This document shows, piece by piece, positions 48,192 through 57,031 of a DNA stretch of 64,000 nucleotides (the stretch's first letter is position 1; each line of letters begins with the position of its first letter). The notes beneath the pieces are model-generated. The model was not told the origin of the DNA, searched no databases, and saw only the letters and a list, made by a program, of their open reading frames with translations. The position numbers and the translations under genes are program-made. This DNA comes from Escherichia phage vB_EcoM_01, in sequence record PP129558. The stretch is one strand, 5' to 3'.

Positions 48192-48305
48192 TTGTTTTCT
48201 CCTTTTGTTTGGTAGGAGTTGATCTTAACAAGATTAAAAAGTATGTCAATACTTGATCTGAAATTATTTTCAGGTATCATGTATGAACATTAACAAGAGA
48301 GGTAG
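48192..48305. promoter_or_regulatory. strand-switch intergenic region with probable divergent promoters
   Basis: Divergent gene starts at 48191 (-) and 48306 (+); AT-rich, repeated TTGATCT, short dyad gatcttaacaagat. Confidence 0.4.
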
Positions 48306-48599
48306 ATGATAAACATTACTTTAGCAACTAAGAATATTTCTGAAACAATTAACGGTTTTGGTGTGATTGTAGCCTTGCACGGTAACAATGAGAAATGGTT
48401 GGCTTCTTTTGAAGAGGATCGTCAACACAACATTATTTTAGATGCCCCTATAAAAGTTATGCATATCGTTGGTGAAAGCAAAGTGCTCACTTCCTCCCGT
48501 TCAAAAGAACAAATTACAAATGAATTAGTAAAACTGCTTGACAATGTTCTTAACATGTTTGATAATGCACCCATCGATACAAAACGTGTCTTAATGTGA
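48306..48599 (+). CDS. hypothetical protein
   Basis: 97 aa ORF. Confidence 0.5.
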   Translation: MINITLATKNISETINGFGVIVALHGNNEKWLASFEEDRQHNIILDAPIKVMHIVGESKVLTSSRSKEQITNELVKLLDNVLNMFDNAPIDTKRVLM

Positions 48600-48611
48600 G
48601 AGGAGAACAAA

Positions 48612-48899
48612 ATGTACTATTCACAAGACGAAGTAGCAAACATTAAACTGGCAGTGGGAGATCTTATTGTGTCACCTAACTACTATTGGGATAACACAGA
48701 TTTGGTTGAAGTAGTAACCCATGTTGGAGTTGAAGGTATTGTGCTCTACACACTAGGTGGAGGTGTTGTTGGGGAAATGGAACGTTATACGACAACGAAG
48801 AAACTGGTAAGCTCTTATCACATGTTTTTACACCAAGGTTCGGAAGAGTATACAGCTTTCTTGTTGAAATTAGATGCAGATCGGGAGAAGGCACGATGA
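48612..48899 (+). CDS. hypothetical protein
   Basis: 95 aa ORF, GAGGAGAA RBS. Confidence 0.5.
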   Translation: MYYSQDEVANIKLAVGDLIVSPNYYWDNTDLVEVVTHVGVEGIVLYTLGGGVVGEMERYTTTKKLVSSYHMFLHQGSEEYTAFLLKLDADREKAR

Positions 48900-49252
48900 A
48901 AATTGTACACGATGAAATTCAAATAGAAGAAAGTGACCTGATGGATTTGGATGCAGCTTTGGGGAAGGTAATCTATGCAGGAATTAAAGCCTTCCGTGAG
49001 AAGGCAAACAATAGCACGTTTGTCATGATCCCCACTAAACTGATGCGTGTTTTGTATCCAAATAGAAGTGCGCCGTATACAAATGAAGAAGAGGAGACAG
49101 GTAGAAGAGAGTGGTTAAATATTTTAGAAAAGATGGAGAATGCTTTTATTGATAGTGGTAATCCAGAAATCGTGTATGCTGAAGATCAAAGGAAGGCACG
49201 GTTAGAGGGCCGTCTTTTATTCGCTAGTTATTTTGATAATCTTTGGAGCTAA
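48896..49252 (+). CDS. hypothetical protein
   Basis: 118 aa ORF, overlapping stop/start. Confidence 0.5.
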   Translation: MKIVHDEIQIEESDLMDLDAALGKVIYAGIKAFREKANNSTFVMIPTKLMRVLYPNRSAPYTNEEEETGRREWLNILEKMENAFIDSGNPEIVYAEDQRKARLEGRLLFASYFDNLWS

Positions 49253-49431
49253 ATATGTCTGAATTCTTCACAATGGCTTTCTTAGGGATCTATCTGATTA
49301 TTAGTGCTGTTGGCTTAATCATGTCTCTAATAGAGGAAATGGGAATTAAGTGGAATTGTGCATTCGGTATAGCTCTTATGCTCACTCCGGTTTGGATCTA
49401 CATCTGCAAAGCAGTTGAACTAATTGGTTAA
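49243..49431 (+). CDS. small membrane protein
   Basis: 62 aa, two hydrophobic helices. Confidence 0.45.
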   Translation: MELNMSEFFTMAFLGIYLIISAVGLIMSLIEEMGIKWNCAFGIALMLTPVWIYICKAVELIG

Positions 49432-49458
49432 TAGGGGNTAATATGNTTNAGTNNNGAG

Positions 49459-49782
49459 ATGAGAGACGTAATTGCCACTCTGGTAGTTGATCATGGTGTT
49501 GAAGTTGAGCGTCACGTTTGGAAAGATGAGCCTCCTTTCTTTGATTTGGCATCACGGGCTAAAAGTCACATGTATCTCCTTGAAGATGATAAGGATTTTA
49601 TTCTGCGTATGCGTTATGATCGAGAGTTTAGAATTCCTCTTGACACAGATCCTGATGATGTAGTATTGTGGTTGGCAGAGCATTTCGCATTTAACGCTCT
49701 ACATGGAAGAAGTTTTGGTAATGAACGTTGGGATACCATTTGTCGTAAACATAATATTGAACCAGAATACGGGAGTATGTAA
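49459..49782 (+). CDS. hypothetical protein
   Basis: 107 aa ORF; ambiguous bases just upstream (49438-49456). Confidence 0.45.
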   Translation: MRDVIATLVVDHGVEVERHVWKDEPPFFDLASRAKSHMYLLEDDKDFILRMRYDREFRIPLDTDPDDVVLWLAEHFAFNALHGRSFGNERWDTICRKHNIEPEYGSM

Positions 49783-50033
49783 TGTTAAGCATCAAACCTA
49801 AAATGATTACTGAAGATCAAAAAGATTACATTTATAAATGTGGTCGGGTGTGGAAAGAATACACTAAAGGTAATGAAGTTATTGTAGTTACGGAACATGC
49901 TATTTCTTTATCAGATCTTTTTGGTGATTATTTGCAAGTCATTAAAATTGGTATTGACAGAGGTTTGGTGCAGGTGTTAACATTATCCCAAGTTGAAGCA
50001 GAACACTTAGACAAAATCATTGTCGAGTTCTAA
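49782..50033 (+). CDS. hypothetical protein
   Basis: 83 aa ORF. Confidence 0.45.
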   Translation: MLSIKPKMITEDQKDYIYKCGRVWKEYTKGNEVIVVTEHAISLSDLFGDYLQVIKIGIDRGLVQVLTLSQVEAEHLDKIIVEF

Positions 50034-50211
50034 GAGGAGAAAGAATATGATCTCTTTAGAATCAATAGCTTTTAAGAAAGGGTATACCGCAGGGTTCAAG
50101 TTTGGTATGTTTAATAAAGTAAATCCATACTGTCCAATGACACACAAAAAGGAATTCGAAGAATGGGAAGATGGATTTTCTAAAGGCTACCAGGCAAAGG
50201 GTTGGTTGTAA
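50020..50211 (+). CDS. hypothetical protein
   Basis: 63 aa ORF. Confidence 0.4.
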   Translation: MSSSKRRKNMISLESIAFKKGYTAGFKFGMFNKVNPYCPMTHKKEFEEWEDGFSKGYQAKGWL

Positions 50212-50220
50212 GGAGAGAAT

Positions 50221-50385
50221 ATGATTTTAAACTTCATCATCAACTTGTGTTTGACATTGGGACTACTCTGTGCAATAGTATCCCCTCTGATTGGTGAATA
50301 TTTTTCTGAACTGGCGATGTTTATAGTTCTTGGTGCGGCTGTTGCTAATATGTTTGTCGCTGCGATTTGTATGTTGTGGGAATAG
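50221..50385 (+). CDS. small membrane protein
   Basis: 54 aa ORF not in track; AAGGAGAGAAT RBS; two hydrophobic helices. Confidence 0.4.
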   Translation: MILNFIINLCLTLGLLCAIVSPLIGEYFSELAMFIVLGAAVANMFVAAICMLWE

Positions 50386-50397
50386 GAGGGGAAGTTT

Positions 50398-50754
50398 ATG
50401 AAAAAATTAATCTTAGCCACATTGCTGGCTACCGTAAGCTTCACCACTTACGCTCAAAAATTTGTAGCAGTTAAAACAGATATTGGTAAAGATGTTGTGA
50501 TCACAGGCAACAAGTTTTACTATACACCTGGAAATGGTGTTCTAGAAGAGTGTAAAGATGTTGAGGCATATACAGGAAAAGAAGATAACACGGAACGTCC
50601 TTTTTATTCGATTATAGCCACTTGCAAAAATGAAATAGTAGCTATTAAACAATATAAAGATGCCCCTGGAGGAGAATACTTATTAGTCAAGAATATTAAG
50701 AGTGAAAAAACTGCAAAGTTTACAGTAATTATTTTAAAAGGAGAAACGTTCTAA
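50398..50754 (+). CDS. secreted protein
   Basis: 118 aa; signal peptide MKKLILATLLATVSFTTYA; GGAGGGGAAG RBS. Confidence 0.5.
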   Translation: MKKLILATLLATVSFTTYAQKFVAVKTDIGKDVVITGNKFYYTPGNGVLEECKDVEAYTGKEDNTERPFYSIIATCKNEIVAIKQYKDAPGGEYLLVKNIKSEKTAKFTVIILKGETF

Positions 50755-51893
50755 TGAAATACACTATTTTTGGAGATGTGGCTGTTGTAAATAAGGAATA
50801 TGGTGTTGAAGCTAATAAACTTCCTGCTGGAGTTTGGGTTGTCAACTGCGATCCGCACGGTAACTACTCTTTAGTGCGTGGCGAAAGTTTCTCTCTTCCG
50901 AACACTCTTTATGGGGAAACTAAAGACCGCGCCGCACATGTTATTAAAACATTTGCTCGTCGTAGTAAAGAAGGTAAAAATACTGGGGTGTTACTGACAG
51001 GGACAAAGGGCAGTGGTAAGACGATGTTAGCTAAACTGATTAGCATGTCCCTAATGTCCACAGAAGGTTTAGGTATTCCAACCATTTTGGTGACACAGCC
51101 TTACACAGACGCTGGATTCTTAGAATTTATGAGTAAAATTACAGATCGTGCTGTTGTTTTATTTGACGAGTTTGATAAAGTGTACGCTAAGAAAGAAGAT
51201 CAGGAAGCACTGTTGACCTTGTTGGATGGAACAGGAAGTGGAAATAAACTTTACATCCTCACTAAAAATAGTGGCTATATCTCGGAATATTTTGTAAACC
51301 GTCCTAGTCGTATCTATTACAGTTTCAATTACGATAAACTGTCTAGTGAAACTATGTTAGATTACTTGGATAAGAACTTGGTAAATAAAAAGCACGTAGA
51401 TAACTTCCAACGTTTATGGGATGTTAGTACAGAGTTGTCTTTCGATGTTATTCAAGGCATTGTAGAAGAATTGAATTTCTATCCAAAAATGACTTTTAAA
51501 GAATGTCTTGAAATGATGGGTATTTCTTTAGGGAACGATGCTAAATGGAATGTGGCTTCTATCGTAGCTAATGGCAAAACCTTGAAGGTGAATTGGATCA
51601 ATAACTGGCACGACTTCACCCCTACTAAGTTTTTGTCGGGTGCTTGTTCCCTGAACATCTATCTACAAAGTTTGAAAGATGATGAAGTGGAAGCAATGGA
51701 AACCAACAGTTATGTTATCCTGGATGAAGATGGTGATCCACATATTGATCTATGTGCAACGGCTGATGGTCTAACTTGTGATCTGATTGAAGGTGGTAAG
51801 ATTCTTGTGATGAGCACTACACCAGGAAACACTTTGCGAGTGGTGCTGGAGCCTGTAACACAACGTTCCACTACACTGGGTAGCGTGTTCTGA
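50754..51893 (+). CDS. AAA+ family ATPase
   Basis: 379 aa; Walker A LLTGTKGSGKTMLAK, Walker B VVLFDEFDKV. Confidence 0.65.
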   Translation: MKYTIFGDVAVVNKEYGVEANKLPAGVWVVNCDPHGNYSLVRGESFSLPNTLYGETKDRAAHVIKTFARRSKEGKNTGVLLTGTKGSGKTMLAKLISMSLMSTEGLGIPTILVTQPYTDAGFLEFMSKITDRAVVLFDEFDKVYAKKEDQEALLTLLDGTGSGNKLYILTKNSGYISEYFVNRPSRIYYSFNYDKLSSETMLDYLDKNLVNKKHVDNFQRLWDVSTELSFDVIQGIVEELNFYPKMTFKECLEMMGISLGNDAKWNVASIVANGKTLKVNWINNWHDFTPTKFLSGACSLNIYLQSLKDDEVEAMETNSYVILDEDGDPHIDLCATADGLTCDLIEGGKILVMSTTPGNTLRVVLEPVTQRSTTLGSVF

Positions 51894-51910
51894 TACAGCA
51901 CAAATAGCTA

Positions 51911-51935
51911 AACCCGCTTCGGCGGGTTTTGTTAT
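51911..51935 (+). terminator. rho-independent terminator
   Basis: aacccgc-ttcg-gcgggtt hairpin followed by TTTGTT. Confidence 0.6.
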
Positions 51936-51973
51936 ATTGATTTCAGACTTATAGGGAGAGAGGATAGACAAAG

Positions 51974-53146
51974 ATGGCGAAGACGTTAGAACAGTATATA
52001 GGAGAATGTAAACCAATAGCGGAAGCTAAAGGATATGAGATTATAGGGATTGTAGAGCCATTTAAAGNAGGTGTGCACACGAAGATGATCAACTTCTGCC
52101 CTAATCNNNNNNNNNNNNNNNNNNNNNNNNNNNNNNNNNNNNNNNNNNNNNNNNNNNNNNNNNNNNNNNNNNNNNNNNNNNNNNNNNNNNNNNNNNNNNN
52201 NNNNNNNNNNNNNNNNNNNNNNNNNNNNNNNNNNNNNNNNNNNNNNNNNNNNNNNNNNNNNNNNNNNNNNNNNNNNNNNNNNNNNNNNNNNNNNNNNNNN
52301 NNNNNNNNNNNNNNNNNNNNNNNNNNNNNNNNNNNNNNNNNNNNNNNNNNNNNNNNNNNNNNNNNNNNNNNNNNNNNNNNNNNNNNNNNNNNNNNNNNNN
52401 NNNNNNNNNNNNNNNNNNNNNNNNNNNNNNNNNNNNNNNNNNNNNNNNNNNNNNNNNNNNNNNNNNNNNNNNNNNNNNNNNNNNNNNNNNNNNNNNNNNN
52501 NNCTGCCTGCTCTCACGATGAGTATGTGCAAGCTGGGGTGTGTGATGGTAAGTTTTATGTCGCAGGGAATGACCTTAAACAAGGGAAGATTCCTTGCCGT
52601 TGTGCAACTAACTGTCATTACACAGAAGCACAGATTACCTATAGGGTAAAAAAGGCAGTAGAAAGGAAAGGGTATATCTGGGTAGGTTGGATCGGGAAAC
52701 CGTCTGTAAGATTAGGTAAGTTTAAATATGGATGTAAGAAACATGGGGTACAAATAGGACGTGCCAGTGGTTTGTTAAATCATGGTACTGGTTGTCCGCA
52801 ATGTGCTAACCAGACACAACAACAATGTTACATTAACCACATCCATGATGAACAAGGTATTCTCTGTGCTTTGAAATTTGGAATTGCCAATAATAGTGAT
52901 CGCCGTATCAAAAAACAAAATAGTCATAATGTGTTTACTATGAAACAGGTCCAAGTGTGGCACTTCCCTACTGTGAAGCAATGCAAAGATGCAGAGAAGC
53001 GTTGTAAGCGTGTCCTTCACACGGAAGCAGTGAGCAAATATGCTATGCCAGATGGCTACACAGAGACAGTGGAGTTATCTTGCATGGCATCAATACAAAA
53101 CATTTATAAACTTTATGGTGGAACATTACAGGAGGAAACATGTTAG
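51974..53146 (+). CDS. Cys-rich protein (zinc-ribbon motifs), interrupted by gap
   Basis: C-terminal 214 aa after gap has CRCATNC and CPQC; N-terminal 44 aa before gap; internal sequence unknown (52107-52502 N). Confidence 0.4.
   Translation: MAKTLEQYIGECKPIAEAKGYEIIGIVEPFKXGVHTKMINFCPNXXXXXXXXXXXXXXXXXXXXXXXXXXXXXXXXXXXXXXXXXXXXXXXXXXXXXXXXXXXXXXXXXXXXXXXXXXXXXXXXXXXXXXXXXXXXXXXXXXXXXXXXXXXXXXXXXXXXXXXXXXXXXXXXXXXXXACSHDEYVQAGVCDGKFYVAGNDLKQGKIPCRCATNCHYTEAQITYRVKKAVERKGYIWVGWIGKPSVRLGKFKYGCKKHGVQIGRASGLLNHGTGCPQCANQTQQQCYINHIHDEQGILCALKFGIANNSDRRIKKQNSHNVFTMKQVQVWHFPTVKQCKDAEKRCKRVLHTEAVSKYAMPDGYTETVELSCMASIQNIYKLYGGTLQEETC
52107..52502. other. scaffold gap (N-run)
   Basis: 396 n. Confidence 0.95.
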
Positions 53147-53505
53147 TTGACGTTCAAATTATGCGCAACGAAAGAATGGACTTCTTTGAAGCAGTAGAGA
53201 AACATCTGATCAGATGGGACTATGAATTTGTTCCTGCTGGATGTGGACCAGTAGAGCATTTAGCGGAAGACGATGATGTATACATGATCATTCGTCAAGT
53301 GTACCAGACAGACCAGTGTGAAGAAACTCCCGAACTGATTTTGTTTGAGTGTAAAGATCTTGCAAAATATTTTGACTATGGCGGAAAAGAGGGTCATAAT
53401 CTCTCCAGATACAATAAACGTCTACTTATCTTAGACTACATGCGGAACAACAAACACAAACTCATCGACGCAGACGCAGTTTATGGCTACTGGTGGATGG
53501 ACTAA
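53140..53505 (+). CDS. hypothetical protein
   Basis: 121 aa ORF. Confidence 0.5.
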   Translation: MLVDVQIMRNERMDFFEAVEKHLIRWDYEFVPAGCGPVEHLAEDDDVYMIIRQVYQTDQCEETPELILFECKDLAKYFDYGGKEGHNLSRYNKRLLILDYMRNNKHKLIDADAVYGYWWMD

Positions 53506-53518
53506 CAAAGGAGAAACT

Positions 53519-53698
53519 ATGGCACGTTTAGCAGACCATGAAATCTTTAAACCTATTCTGAACCACTATGATGAACTTAAAGCAGTGTTGGATTGTTATA
53601 GAGAGGATGAAGAACGTTTGGAAGTCAATCTTAAGATAGTTCTGATGAAAGCTTTTCAAGACGGGCAAGCTAAAGTTTTAGAAGGCATGAAAAAATGA
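53519..53698 (+). CDS. hypothetical small protein
   Basis: Start at ATG 53519 with AAGGAGAAA RBS (track ORF begins 53483). Confidence 0.45.
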   Translation: MARLADHEIFKPILNHYDELKAVLDCYREDEERLEVNLKIVLMKAFQDGQAKVLEGMKK

Positions 53699-54237
53699 GA
53701 ATAACTGACGAATATGTATTCTTCTTTTCACATAAAGATGTGTTTAGTAATTGGTATATTGCACCCTTTACAGAAACTGAACCAGGTTACAATGAGACTT
53801 TCTGTTGTGTTGAGCAATATATGATGTGGCGTAAGGCTTTGCTGTTCAAGGATCATGCGATTGCAGCAGCTATCCTTGATCACTCGACTATACGTGACAA
53901 CGAGAGAAAACAAGCATACTACAAACGTATGGGTCGAGCGGTATCTGGTTTTAATAATGATATGTGGGAAGAGAACCGTGAGCGTATTGTTATGCGAGGT
54001 TTATGCTTGAAATATGTACAGAATCCAGATTTGTATGCAGACTTACACCTTTACCAATACAAAACGTTTGTTGAAGCAAGTCCTTACGATAAGGTTTACG
54101 GTATTGGAATGGGAATGTATGAACCAGGGGTGCTAAACCCTGCCACCTGGAAAGGGCAAAATCTTTTAGGTAAATATCATAACAAACTGATCGAAATACT
54201 TTTCCCAGACAAAATACCGCAAAGACGATATTTGTGA
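53695..54237 (+). CDS. NADAR-domain protein (YbiA-like)
   Basis: 180 aa; FFFSHKDVFSNW, EQYMMWRKA, RMGRAVSGF...MWEENRERIVMRGL..KYVQNPDL, EASPYDKVYGIG align block-for-block with E. coli YbiA. Confidence 0.75.
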   Translation: MRITDEYVFFFSHKDVFSNWYIAPFTETEPGYNETFCCVEQYMMWRKALLFKDHAIAAAILDHSTIRDNERKQAYYKRMGRAVSGFNNDMWEENRERIVMRGLCLKYVQNPDLYADLHLYQYKTFVEASPYDKVYGIGMGMYEPGVLNPATWKGQNLLGKYHNKLIEILFPDKIPQRRYL

Positions 54238-54478
54238 TATTTTAACTTTTTTCATTTTTAGAACAAAGGCGTCACTTTGTAGCACAGAAATAAGGCTCCT
54301 ACAGCACCGTAGAGAGCCTGTTATTTTGTCCTATACAAACCCTTGTCTTTTTCAGTTTGCATCACTAGGACTCGATCTGAGTGGGTTCCTGAAGGTCTGC
54401 CAATAAGATTAAAGGTTATCTCAAATTCCCATTACCTATTATCTCAAAAATCCCTCAAATTATTTAAACTTTTTAAGA

Positions 54479-54666
54479 ATTTACAAAAGTGAAAGTTGAA
54501 AACCAAAATTTAAAGTTTAGGAAAATTATCTTAAAATGTCAGATACAAAACAAAACTCAAAAGTCAAGGAAAATTTTAAAAATTTTGCGCGCCCACAGTA
54601 TTTAAAGTTTTTTTGCTTTTACAAAAATGAAAGTACAAAAGCAAAATTTAAAGTTTACAAAAATTT
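54479..54666. repeat. pair of ~45 bp direct repeats (about 88 percent identical) plus recurring tttaaagttt
   Basis: copy 1 at 54479-54526, copy 2 at 54617-54666. Confidence 0.6.
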
Positions 54667-54705
54667 ATGCAGATGGGAATGAGAAGAGTTCTCATATGGA
54701 AATGC

Positions 54706-54784
54706 AAATGATAATGATTCGCATTTAGGTTTATAAATGAGATTGATTCTTATTTGATAAGGTAAATGATAATCATTCTCATTT
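54706..54784. promoter_or_regulatory. two Fur-box-like motifs
   Basis: aaaTGATAATGATTCGCATTt (54706-54726) and aaaTGATAATCATTCTCATTt (54764-54784); resemble Fur box GATAATGATAATCATTATC. Confidence 0.4.
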
Positions 54785-55010
54785 AGAGAATGACGCGCAG
54801 GGGCGGTGTTTGTCTCGCGCTCCCGTGTCCCCTCGCCATGTAATAAGAATAACAGATCCAGCCAGGAAAGCAAGCGATTATTTTATCTTTACATTTCTTT
54901 ACAAATATATAGCGCCCAGCCTACCGGCGATCAACCTTCCAACCAGCGCCCTGGTATGTTAGCCCCGCCTTTACGCCGTGGGGTGGCGCTTCCTCTCCTG
55001 TATGTAAAAC

Positions 55011-55039
55011 AGTATAAGCCCGATCCCTGGGCTTGTCAA
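55011..55039 (-). promoter_or_regulatory. near-consensus sigma70 promoter on minus strand within GC-rich island
   Basis: TTGACA (rc 55034-55039), 17 nt, TATACT (rc 55011-55016). Confidence 0.45.
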
Positions 55040-55041
55040 GA

Positions 55042-55308
55042 TTATTTTTTGTTTTCTTGCCAGGATAGGACACCTAACCAAAAATGCATATCGCCCCGCG
55101 CCCCTGGCGGGATCTTGCTTTCCCCGCCGCCACTGCAAGCCCATAAATAACCATCAGCGAACGGATCAAAATGTTCTATCTCTTCCACTTTATGATCGCC
55201 CAGGTTGAGAACTGTTTCAACCTTTAAGCCCGTTGCGCTTGCTACCTGGTGCACCGTGCCGCCTTGCCAGCCCAATGAGTGCATAAGGTGTAATGTAGTA
55301 TTTGTCAT
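55042..55308 (-). CDS. hypothetical protein (GC-rich island)
   Basis: 88 aa ORF with non-repetitive composition; weak RBS. Confidence 0.3.
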   Translation of the reverse strand: MTNTTLHLMHSLGWQGGTVHQVASATGLKVETVLNLGDHKVEEIEHFDPFADGYLWACSGGGESKIPPGARGDMHFWLGVLSWQENKK

Positions 55309-55495
55309 GGTATCGCCCTTTCTTTGTTGTGCGCCCAGGTTGGCGCGGTAGAAAGATGATAGCCGTTTCCTTCATATATAGCAAGCAAAAAGAAAATAAA
55401 AAAGATTGAAAAAGTGGTTGACGTTCCTCACCTGGTAGCNNNNTANTCNACCGTCCACCAACAAAAAACATCATTCATCACCTGGAGTTAAAATC

Positions 55496-55693
55496 ATGGC
55501 AACATTGCACATTGTGGCGAAAGCAGGACAAATCAGCGTCGTGGTAAACGGTTTTACTGAGTTCAGTCATCCCCAGGATGATCATGAAACGGTTTTATCT
55601 TTCATTGATTCCCTGTTAGAAATGGGAGTCATTACAGAAGACCAGCACGCTACAAAATGCAAGCGCGTTAATCAAATTGCAGGAATAGAATAA
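55496..55693 (+). CDS. hypothetical small protein
   Basis: 65 aa; GGAG RBS. Confidence 0.5.
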   Translation: MATLHIVAKAGQISVVVNGFTEFSHPQDDHETVLSFIDSLLEMGVITEDQHATKCKRVNQIAGIE

Positions 55694-55699
55694 AAAGTA

Positions 55700-55758
55700 T
55701 TGACAACAAACAACAACCTGATAAGATGTATCACATAGGGCGGGAAGTGGTTTCCCGC
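55700..55758 (+). promoter_or_regulatory. promoter plus 5' hairpin module
   Basis: TTGACA-16-TG-a-TAAGAT-gtatcacatag-GGCGGGAA gtggt TTCCCGC. Confidence 0.6.
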
Positions 55759-55783
55759 TCGTAACAGAAGAGAGATTATCATC

Positions 55784-56056
55784 ATGGCATCATATAGCGC
55801 AACAATGATCGTAGCTGGCACCACTGGTAAACCTATGTGCGGTGGCGGATCTTTCGCTAATATCAATATTGACGGGCGTTTATCCCTGGACGCAGCGATC
55901 ACCGTGGCGCGGGAAACATTTAAGAAAGAATGTAAATTCAATAAACAAGATTATCTCGGTTTCGCTATTGAAAAAACCGCGCGCTTTGTTGATTATAAAA
56001 GCCCGAAAATGGTTGATACTACACTAAAAGCGCAAGATGTAGCGTTTTTGCTTTAA
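55784..56056 (+). CDS. hypothetical small protein (array gene)
   Basis: 90 aa; AGAGAGATTATC RBS; preceded by module. Confidence 0.6.
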   Translation: MASYSATMIVAGTTGKPMCGGGSFANINIDGRLSLDAAITVARETFKKECKFNKQDYLGFAIEKTARFVDYKSPKMVDTTLKAQDVAFLL

Positions 56057-56059
56057 GGC

Positions 56060-56114
56060 TTGACATTAACGAATAATTTGTTTATATGTTACATAAAGCG
56101 GGAATAGTTCCCGC
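56060..56114 (+). promoter_or_regulatory. promoter plus 5' hairpin module
   Basis: TTGACA-17-TATATG...GCGGGAA tag TTCCCGC. Confidence 0.55.
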
Positions 56115-56132
56115 TATTTGTAAGGTGGTAGA

Positions 56133-56390
56133 ATGTTTTACATCAAATTAAAAGGTCACGTGATCGCGTTCAAAGATAACGCTTTTTACAGATTAGCAAA
56201 ATATGCGTTAATACATCCCCACTATGTTTATATAAGGGGGCGTGATGAAATAAATATCTTTGATCAAACAACATGCGAGAACATCGAGATCCGCAAGGTT
56301 GGCGTACGTGATTATCGTACATCTTTCTACCCTTGCAAGGATTCAGCAAGTCTTTTTAAAGTATGCCGATTGTTGAAAAAAGGTGGTTAA
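56133..56390 (+). CDS. hypothetical small protein (array gene)
   Basis: 85 aa; AAGGTGG RBS. Confidence 0.55.
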   Translation: MFYIKLKGHVIAFKDNAFYRLAKYALIHPHYVYIRGRDEINIFDQTTCENIEIRKVGVRDYRTSFYPCKDSASLFKVCRLLKKGG

Positions 56391-56949
56391 TATGGGCCGC
56401 GAATATGTGATCCAGTCTTGGGTAAAACATGAAGCAGATGATCCGCGCATCATTCCTGATTATCTTGTCGATGAATCCACGGGCTATAGCGGGGAGCAAA
56501 TAGGTAACAGATCAGCACGTAGTAACGGCAACGTAAAAGCGCGTTATGTGCGCCCTGGCTGGCTGGCAAATGGTAACGCTGATTTATCCAGTGCGGAAGA
56601 TGCGAGCGACGGCGCGAAAGATAATCCTTTGTACAAAATTGATCCGGCTTTTCGTGTCCTGGATGAATACCCCAGCAAGATAGCGGCGCTCGATCAAGCC
56701 CTGGAAAGTAAGCGCATCACCTGGACCGCTTACAACATGGCAAAAAACGTACTTGATGGTAAATTGATTCAAGCTGAAAGAAAATTAGCCAAAATTGCAG
56801 CCATAGCCCAGGAGGAAGACGAGGAGACAACGGAAGAGGAAGAGTACGAAGAGATCCCGCCGTTGTTGTGTGTTGATGCTTTTCCTGATTATCAGCCGAC
56901 AGAGGAAGAAAAAAGGATCGCGCTAGAAAACTTTGAAAATAGTCTTTGA
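56383..56949 (+). CDS. hypothetical protein with highly acidic C-terminal region
   Basis: 188 aa; EEDEETTEEEEYEE tract. Confidence 0.55.
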   Translation: MVNMGREYVIQSWVKHEADDPRIIPDYLVDESTGYSGEQIGNRSARSNGNVKARYVRPGWLANGNADLSSAEDASDGAKDNPLYKIDPAFRVLDEYPSKIAALDQALESKRITWTAYNMAKNVLDGKLIQAERKLAKIAAIAQEEDEETTEEEEYEEIPPLLCVDAFPDYQPTEEEKRIALENFENSL

Positions 56950-57003
56950 CATATCGCCGCCACTGGCATAATATTTACCACGTAGGGCGGCAATGGTGCC
57001 GCT
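56946..57003 (+). promoter_or_regulatory. promoter plus 5' hairpin module
   Basis: TTGACA (overlapping upstream stop)-17-TAATAT-ttaccacgtag-GGCGGCA atgg TGCCGCC. Confidence 0.55.
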
Positions 57004-57031
57004 CATAGTGAAATTATGCAAGAGGTTTACA

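Noticed and set aside
54806-55150. Plus-strand 114-aa ORF in the GC-rich island
   Set aside because: Translation is Pro/Ser/Arg-rich with low complexity, no RBS, and it runs antisense to a strong promoter; most likely a chance ORF.
54240-55480. tRNA or other canonical RNA gene in the non-coding island
   Set aside because: No cloverleaf-compatible segment with recognisable T-loop and anticodon-stem features found by eye; the GC-rich segment is reported only as a possible structured RNA.
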